Of a stretch of DNA of 64,000 bases, positions 59,415-64,000 are shown one piece after another. The notes beneath the pieces are model-generated. The model was not told where the DNA came from, did no database searches, and saw only the letters and a program-made list of their open reading frames with translations. How positions within the stretch are numbered: position 1 is the first letter of the stretch; every line of letters begins with the position of its first letter. The translations under genes were made by a program, and so were the position numbers. Origin of the DNA: a bacterium (GTDB lineage Bacteria; SAR324; NAC60-12); NCBI GenBank assembly GCA_965233585.1, contig CBDDTI010000746.1, positions 448,001-512,000 on the forward strand, given 5' to 3'.

Positions 59415-61064
59415 TCACTGCCTCAAGCGATAGAGGACATCATTGAGCCTTTGAGAGAAATTTTCTGCATTGCGTATAAACTCTTGATGGTCACTGATAA
59501 TTTTTGCATTGAGCCTTGCTAGATTATTTCCCATTGTTTGAATGACGTTTTGAACTTCTTTTTGCATTTCTTGGTCTAGTGTCTGGATCGTAACTTCTAT
59601 TTTTTGATTGGTCTGTCTGACAATTTCTGTCATAGTTCGTTCCATCTGATTTAAATTTTGCTCATTGTGCCTTGAAATAGCTTGCATTGCTTGGTCAATC
59701 GTCTCTTTGACGCCTGCATTGATGGTTTCGCCAAGATTTGCAATTTGTTCAACATTCTTTGCAACAGAGTCTTTCAGTTCTCGGTTCATCGTTTGTTGAC
59801 TGGTCAAAGTGTCTTTCATCTCACTTGTGGTCATTTCAACAATGTTTGTCATCTCTTGTTTGAGCAGTTCTATATTTTGTTCATTGCGTTTTGAAATGTC
59901 TTGCATGGCTTCGCTAATCGTGTCTTTGACGCCTGCATTGATGGTTTTGCCAAGCGTTGCAATTTGTTCAACATTCTTTGCAACAGAGTCTTTCAGTTGT
60001 TGGTTCATAGTTTGTTGTTGTGCAATCGTCTCTCCTAGTTTTGTGTTTTGCTCCTTTTGTAGTGTCATACTTTCTGAGGTTATTTTTGAAAAGTCATCAA
60101 AAGCGGTTTCAACTTTGCTTTGCCAGCCTTCAATCGTTTGCTGTAATTCATCACGAATGACAGGGATTGCCTCCACTGCATTTTGTTTGAGTTCTTCAAA
60201 AGCCTTGAGGTGTTGATTCAGCTCATCAGTTTGTGATTTAGCAATGTTTAACACGTCATTGAGTTTTTCCATAGATTCAGGGATTGCCTCACTACTTTTT
60301 TGAATGTCTTGGATTGCATTTTTAGTCGTTTCAATGCCTGTTTGTGCGTGTTCAAATTGTTGTGTCAAGACTTCCACATGTTCACGATACTTGTCTTGCC
60401 AAGCGACCAGTTCTTTGACTGCGGCATTGAGTTGTTTAAAATTCTCTCCAAACTGTTCATTGATTTTTTCATTGAAGTCTCTGATGACTTTTTCCAGTGC
60501 TTCTACAATCGCATCAACACTGTTTTTGCTGACTTCTTCTGCAAAGTTTTGAAATTCTCTGATGAGTGCTTTGTGATTGTCGTTAAAATCTGTTCTCAAC
60601 TTGGTCATTTCGGTTGTGAGAGATTTTTCACCATCTCCAATCAAGGCGGTTTGAAGTTCTTGAATTTGTTGGGTCAAGGTTTTGTCAGAGTTTCCTTGAA
60701 TGGCATGTAAAATTTTGTTGAGAGTTTGGTTTAAAAGTTCTGCAGGGGCTGCATCGTCAGTTTTTCTGGTGAAGACAAAAATCATTTTCAGCAACAACTT
60801 CAGAATCAGGCTGGCTGCCATTCCAGTGACGCTGGTTAAAAACGCTGTTTTCATTCCTGCCAGTAATTGAGGAACGCTGGTGTCAATGTCTTCTACATTA
60901 AAATTCCATAACCCATAAGCAATCCCTACAAACGTTCCCAAAATCCCAAGACTAATGAGAACAGCAGAGTTGTCTTTTCTTGAAACCAATGAAGTCAACC
61001 AGACTCCCAAAATCAGAATGCCAAAACCACCAGCAATCAACCATTCAGTACCACTTTCTAACAT
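59415..61064 (-). CDS. zorA: Zorya protein A (MotA-like TM + long coiled-coil tail)
   Basis: LGILGTFVGI.YGL, LL.GMKTAF.TSV.G, FGENFKQLN.AV..L..WQ..Y, long helical tail. Confidence 0.88.
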   Translation of the reverse strand: MLESGTEWLIAGGFGILILGVWLTSLVSRKDNSAVLISLGILGTFVGIAYGLWNFNVEDIDTSVPQLLAGMKTAFLTSVTGMAASLILKLLLKMIFVFTRKTDDAAPAELLNQTLNKILHAIQGNSDKTLTQQIQELQTALIGDGEKSLTTEMTKLRTDFNDNHKALIREFQNFAEEVSKNSVDAIVEALEKVIRDFNEKINEQFGENFKQLNAAVKELVAWQDKYREHVEVLTQQFEHAQTGIETTKNAIQDIQKSSEAIPESMEKLNDVLNIAKSQTDELNQHLKAFEELKQNAVEAIPVIRDELQQTIEGWQSKVETAFDDFSKITSESMTLQKEQNTKLGETIAQQQTMNQQLKDSVAKNVEQIATLGKTINAGVKDTISEAMQDISKRNEQNIELLKQEMTNIVEMTTSEMKDTLTSQQTMNRELKDSVAKNVEQIANLGETINAGVKETIDQAMQAISRHNEQNLNQMERTMTEIVRQTNQKIEVTIQTLDQEMQKEVQNVIQTMGNNLARLNAKIISDHQEFIRNAENFSQRLNDVLYRLRQ

Positions 61065-61217
61065 AGTATTGACCTAAATCTAAAAGTTTAAAAATAAAAA
61101 TAAGAAAAATTAACAAAGTTGATCATGAAGTTCTTCAATAGACAAAATGAGAGTGAAGGTCTAGCTCTTTGGCTAGACTTCAAGTTCCAAAACAAAAGTA
61201 AAAGTAAAGTCCAAGCA

Positions 61218-62306
61218 TCACCACAGCAACTGACTGATGCCAAGAGTTGTGGCAATGAGCAGTCCGTAAATGACCCACTGGAAGTAGCGTTGAAAGGATT
61301 GACTAGGAGGCAAGAGCAGTTTGGCAGGGATTGCAAAGGATTTTGTCCAGTGTTCTACTTCATCAGCGAGTAAGCTGATGAATTGAGGGTGTGTTTCAAT
61401 CGGGGCAGTTCTGAACGGGTTGATGCCTTGTTCACGTGCCATTTCAAAATAAGTTTCGTCAAGTTCTACTAGGGTTTCTAAATGGTCATTAACAAAGCTG
61501 ATGGGAATGACCAAGACATTTGGAATGCCTTCTTTGGCAAGGTCAGAGATGGCGTCGTCAGTAGCAGGAGTCAGCCATTGGGCAGGTCCAACTTTGCTTT
61601 GAAAGGACAGCTCAAAACGCCATGCAGGAAGCCGAAGCTGCAACTGTTTGATGGTTGCCAAAAGCTCCACTTGATAAGGGTCTCCATCGTCAACATAACT
61701 TTGGGGCAGACCATGGGCAGAACACAAAATCACCGTGTCTGAAGGGTCTAGTTTGTTCTGCTGAATGGATTGTTCCACCAAGTCTTGCAGAGTTTGCACA
61801 TATTTGGGGCTTTCAGGGTAAGAACGGACACATGACACCTCCCCTTGATAATTGAATTTTTTGAGTTCTTGTAGCATCTGCTCTACTGATGATCCTGTGG
61901 TGGCATAGCAAAAATGGGGATACATGGGTAGCAACAGCAGTTTTTCAATTCCGTCCTCCAAAATTTGCTGGGCTGTTTGTGCCGCATGACCTCTGACGTA
62001 GCGATAGGCATCGTAAACCTTGATAGAGAAATTGCGTTGTTGGAGTTCCTGTTGCAATGCTGCATTTTGTTTGGCAGAGGATTCAAGAATGGGAGACTTC
62101 CCGCCCATGTTTTGATATTCAGGGGCAACTTTTTTGGCACGAAGGCGTCCAATCGTTCCCATTAAAAGATTTTGTGCAACATGAGGGACAGGCAGTTGAA
62201 TGGCATTAGGGTCTGTCAAGATTTCTTGTAAGAAAGGAGACACTTCTTGCAAAGAAGCAGGACCTCCAAAATTGAGCATGACCACTCCAAGAGTTTGTGA
62301 AGACAT
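61218..62306 (-). CDS. hemH: Ferrochelatase with C-terminal hydrophobic extension
   Basis: LNFGGP, GGKSP, PMYP, TTGSS, SAHGLP, GDPY, FQSKVGP..WL.P, FV.DHLETL.ELD. Confidence 0.95.
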   Translation of the reverse strand: MSSQTLGVVMLNFGGPASLQEVSPFLQEILTDPNAIQLPVPHVAQNLLMGTIGRLRAKKVAPEYQNMGGKSPILESSAKQNAALQQELQQRNFSIKVYDAYRYVRGHAAQTAQQILEDGIEKLLLLPMYPHFCYATTGSSVEQMLQELKKFNYQGEVSCVRSYPESPKYVQTLQDLVEQSIQQNKLDPSDTVILCSAHGLPQSYVDDGDPYQVELLATIKQLQLRLPAWRFELSFQSKVGPAQWLTPATDDAISDLAKEGIPNVLVIPISFVNDHLETLVELDETYFEMAREQGINPFRTAPIETHPQFISLLADEVEHWTKSFAIPAKLLLPPSQSFQRYFQWVIYGLLIATTLGISQLLW

Positions 62307-62349
62307 TTTGAGTAATTTTGCTAAAAAATTATGAAAGAAAGTTTATTTT

Positions 62350-64000
62350 CTAAGAGACTTTTTGAATCTGTATTTGACATGTCAAGTCATTAATTTGAAT
62401 TTCATGGACTTGGATTTCATGGCTTTGAGATTTTTGATTGGTATCAAGAAAACTTTCAACAGACAAGGCAAGCGTTTCTTGTTGAATGAAGTCTTGATGA
62501 TTTTGGATTGCCTCGGTCAAGGTGTGAGCTGTTTGGTAGAAGAGATGAATGCGGTCTGCAATCTCTAAGTTCTGCTCTTTCCTGACATTTTGGACAGCAT
62601 GGACAAACTCACGGGCAAGACCTTCTTGGACTAAACTTTGGTCAAGATGTGTTTCAAGAGCGACAGTCAGGTTGTTTTCTGTCAAGACGACGACCCCCTC
62701 TTTTTCGTTCCGTTGAATGATGGCATCATCAGCCGTGATTTGATAAGGTTCGCCTTCCAAATCAAGTGTGATGGCATGCCCTTCATAGAGTTGCAACACC
62801 ATGTCATCAGGCAATGACTTCATTTGATTGCTAATCAATCCCATCTTTTTTCCCACCTTAGGTCCGAGTTTTTTAAAATCGGGTTTGGCTGTTAAGTTCA
62901 CCAGTCCAAACTCATCACGTGAAAGCTCAACTTGTTTGACATTGAGTTCTTGGGCAATGGTGTCTTTCATCTTTTCAAGCGATTCTTTCGCCTGACTTTG
63001 ACGTGTGATGAGTGTGATTTTGGCAAGGGGTTGTCTGACTTTCAACTGATGTTTAGCTCTTAACGACCGCCCTAAACGGACAGCCAAAAGCGTCCATTCC
63101 ATACGTTCTTCTAACTCCAGATTGACATATTTTGCTTGAGCTACAGGAAATGCGTCTAAATGCACACTTTCAGGAGACGCCTCAAGCCTCAAAGATTGAT
63201 AGATGCCTTCTGCCATAAATGGAGCAAATGGAGCAATCAACTTGGAAAACTCAAACAAGACGTGATGCAACGTTTGATAGGCTTGTTGCTTGTCTTGACC
63301 TTGGTCGCTTTTCCAAAAACGTCTTCTGGAACGTCTGATATACCAGTTTGTTAACAGGTCAATAAATGCCACAAGAGGCGTGATAGATTCAGATAACTTG
63401 TATTGTTCCATGTGCAAATGGACATGTTGAATCAAGCCTTGTAATTTGGAAAGAATCCAGCAATCTAAAAGATTGTCTGACAATGGATTGGATTCAATCG
63501 CTTCAGGTTGCCAGTTGTCAATTTCAGCATAAGTTGTCAAGAAAGACACAGCATTCCACAAGGGAATCAAAATTCCCCGCATGGTGTCTATCAACCCTCG
63601 TTCTGAAAATCGCAGTTCTTCAGCTTGCACTGCTGCAGAATTGAGAAGATATAAACGCACAGCATCAGCACCATATTTTTCAATCATTAAATCTGGATTG
63701 GGGTAATTTTTCAGCTGCTTACTCATCTTCTTACCATCTTCGGCAAGCAGCATTCCGCTGACAATGACATTTTTAAAAGCATGTTTGTCAAATAAACCTG
63801 TGGCAATGACGATGAGAGTATAAAACCAACCGCGGGTCTGGTCTAATCCTTCTGAAATAAAATCGGCAGGGAAGTTTGAGTCAAATTTGTCTTTGTTTTC
63901 AAAAGGATAATGTTCTTGTGCATAAGGCATGGCTCCTGATTCAAACCAACAGTCCAAGACTTCAGGGATTCTTTTGTATGTTTTGCCGTCTCTTTCAAAA
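62350..64000 (-). CDS. ileS: Isoleucine-tRNA ligase, type 2 (5' part outside window)
   Basis: DCWFESG.MPYAQ.HYPFEN, EGLDQTRGWFYTL, KMSK, NWYIRRSRRRFW. Confidence 0.95.
   Translation of the reverse strand, partial: FERDGKTYKRIPEVLDCWFESGAMPYAQEHYPFENKDKFDSNFPADFISEGLDQTRGWFYTLIVIATGLFDKHAFKNVIVSGMLLAEDGKKMSKQLKNYPNPDLMIEKYGADAVRLYLLNSAAVQAEELRFSERGLIDTMRGILIPLWNAVSFLTTYAEIDNWQPEAIESNPLSDNLLDCWILSKLQGLIQHVHLHMEQYKLSESITPLVAFIDLLTNWYIRRSRRRFWKSDQGQDKQQAYQTLHHVLFEFSKLIAPFAPFMAEGIYQSLRLEASPESVHLDAFPVAQAKYVNLELEERMEWTLLAVRLGRSLRAKHQLKVRQPLAKITLITRQSQAKESLEKMKDTIAQELNVKQVELSRDEFGLVNLTAKPDFKKLGPKVGKKMGLISNQMKSLPDDMVLQLYEGHAITLDLEGEPYQITADDAIIQRNEKEGVVVLTENNLTVALETHLDQSLVQEGLAREFVHAVQNVRKEQNLEIADRIHLFYQTAHTLTEAIQNHQDFIQQETLALSVESFLDTNQKSQSHEIQVHEIQINDLTCQIQIQKVS

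Noticed and set aside
58464..61064. Flagellar motAB
   Set aside because: Long coiled-coil tail, adjacent HNH gene and absence of flagellar genes favour Zorya
1..64000. rRNA, tRNA, IS transposase, integron integrase, prophage genes
   Set aside because: None recognised by eye; tRNAscan-SE/Infernal/ISEScan would be needed to exclude them formally

Overview
Bacterial chromosomal window, roughly 40% GC by eye. Gene content suggests a free-living Gram-negative, possibly SAR324/deltaproteobacteria-like; that is inference only. Left to right it holds: (1) a tandem array of at least 3 7TM-sensor class III adenylate cyclases; (2) housekeeping genes (M18 aminopeptidase, xth, comF, engB, Leu/Phe/Val dehydrogenase); (3) a ~24 kb expanded histidine-utilisation supercluster. 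This has hutF/G/C/U/I, a frameshifted hutH, an MIO-less HAL-family (ergothionase/hercynine-lyase-like) lyase with a betaine-type ABC importer, and an uncharacterised module of kinase, ABC importer, HisD homolog and three dehydrogenases. An EcoRV-like R-M pair flanked by two 58-bp attC-like sites interrupts that module. (4) Two modular surface lipoproteins that share a Cys-rich stalk domain but carry different beta-propeller heads (12x Kelch-like, 7x SBBP) with hypervariable loops. The Kelch gene is out of frame with its likely start codon because of a (GATTGCG)24 tract. (5) Six clusters of mixed REP-like palindromes. (6) terB, a REC-domain protein, uvrC, a MetE-like protein and a single-chain CT-BC-BCCP acyl-CoA carboxylase. 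(7) A type II Zorya-like defence operon whose HNH gene continues in frame past one stop into a winged-helix domain. (8) hemH and a partial ileS. No rRNA, tRNA, CRISPR, transposase or integrase was recognised.
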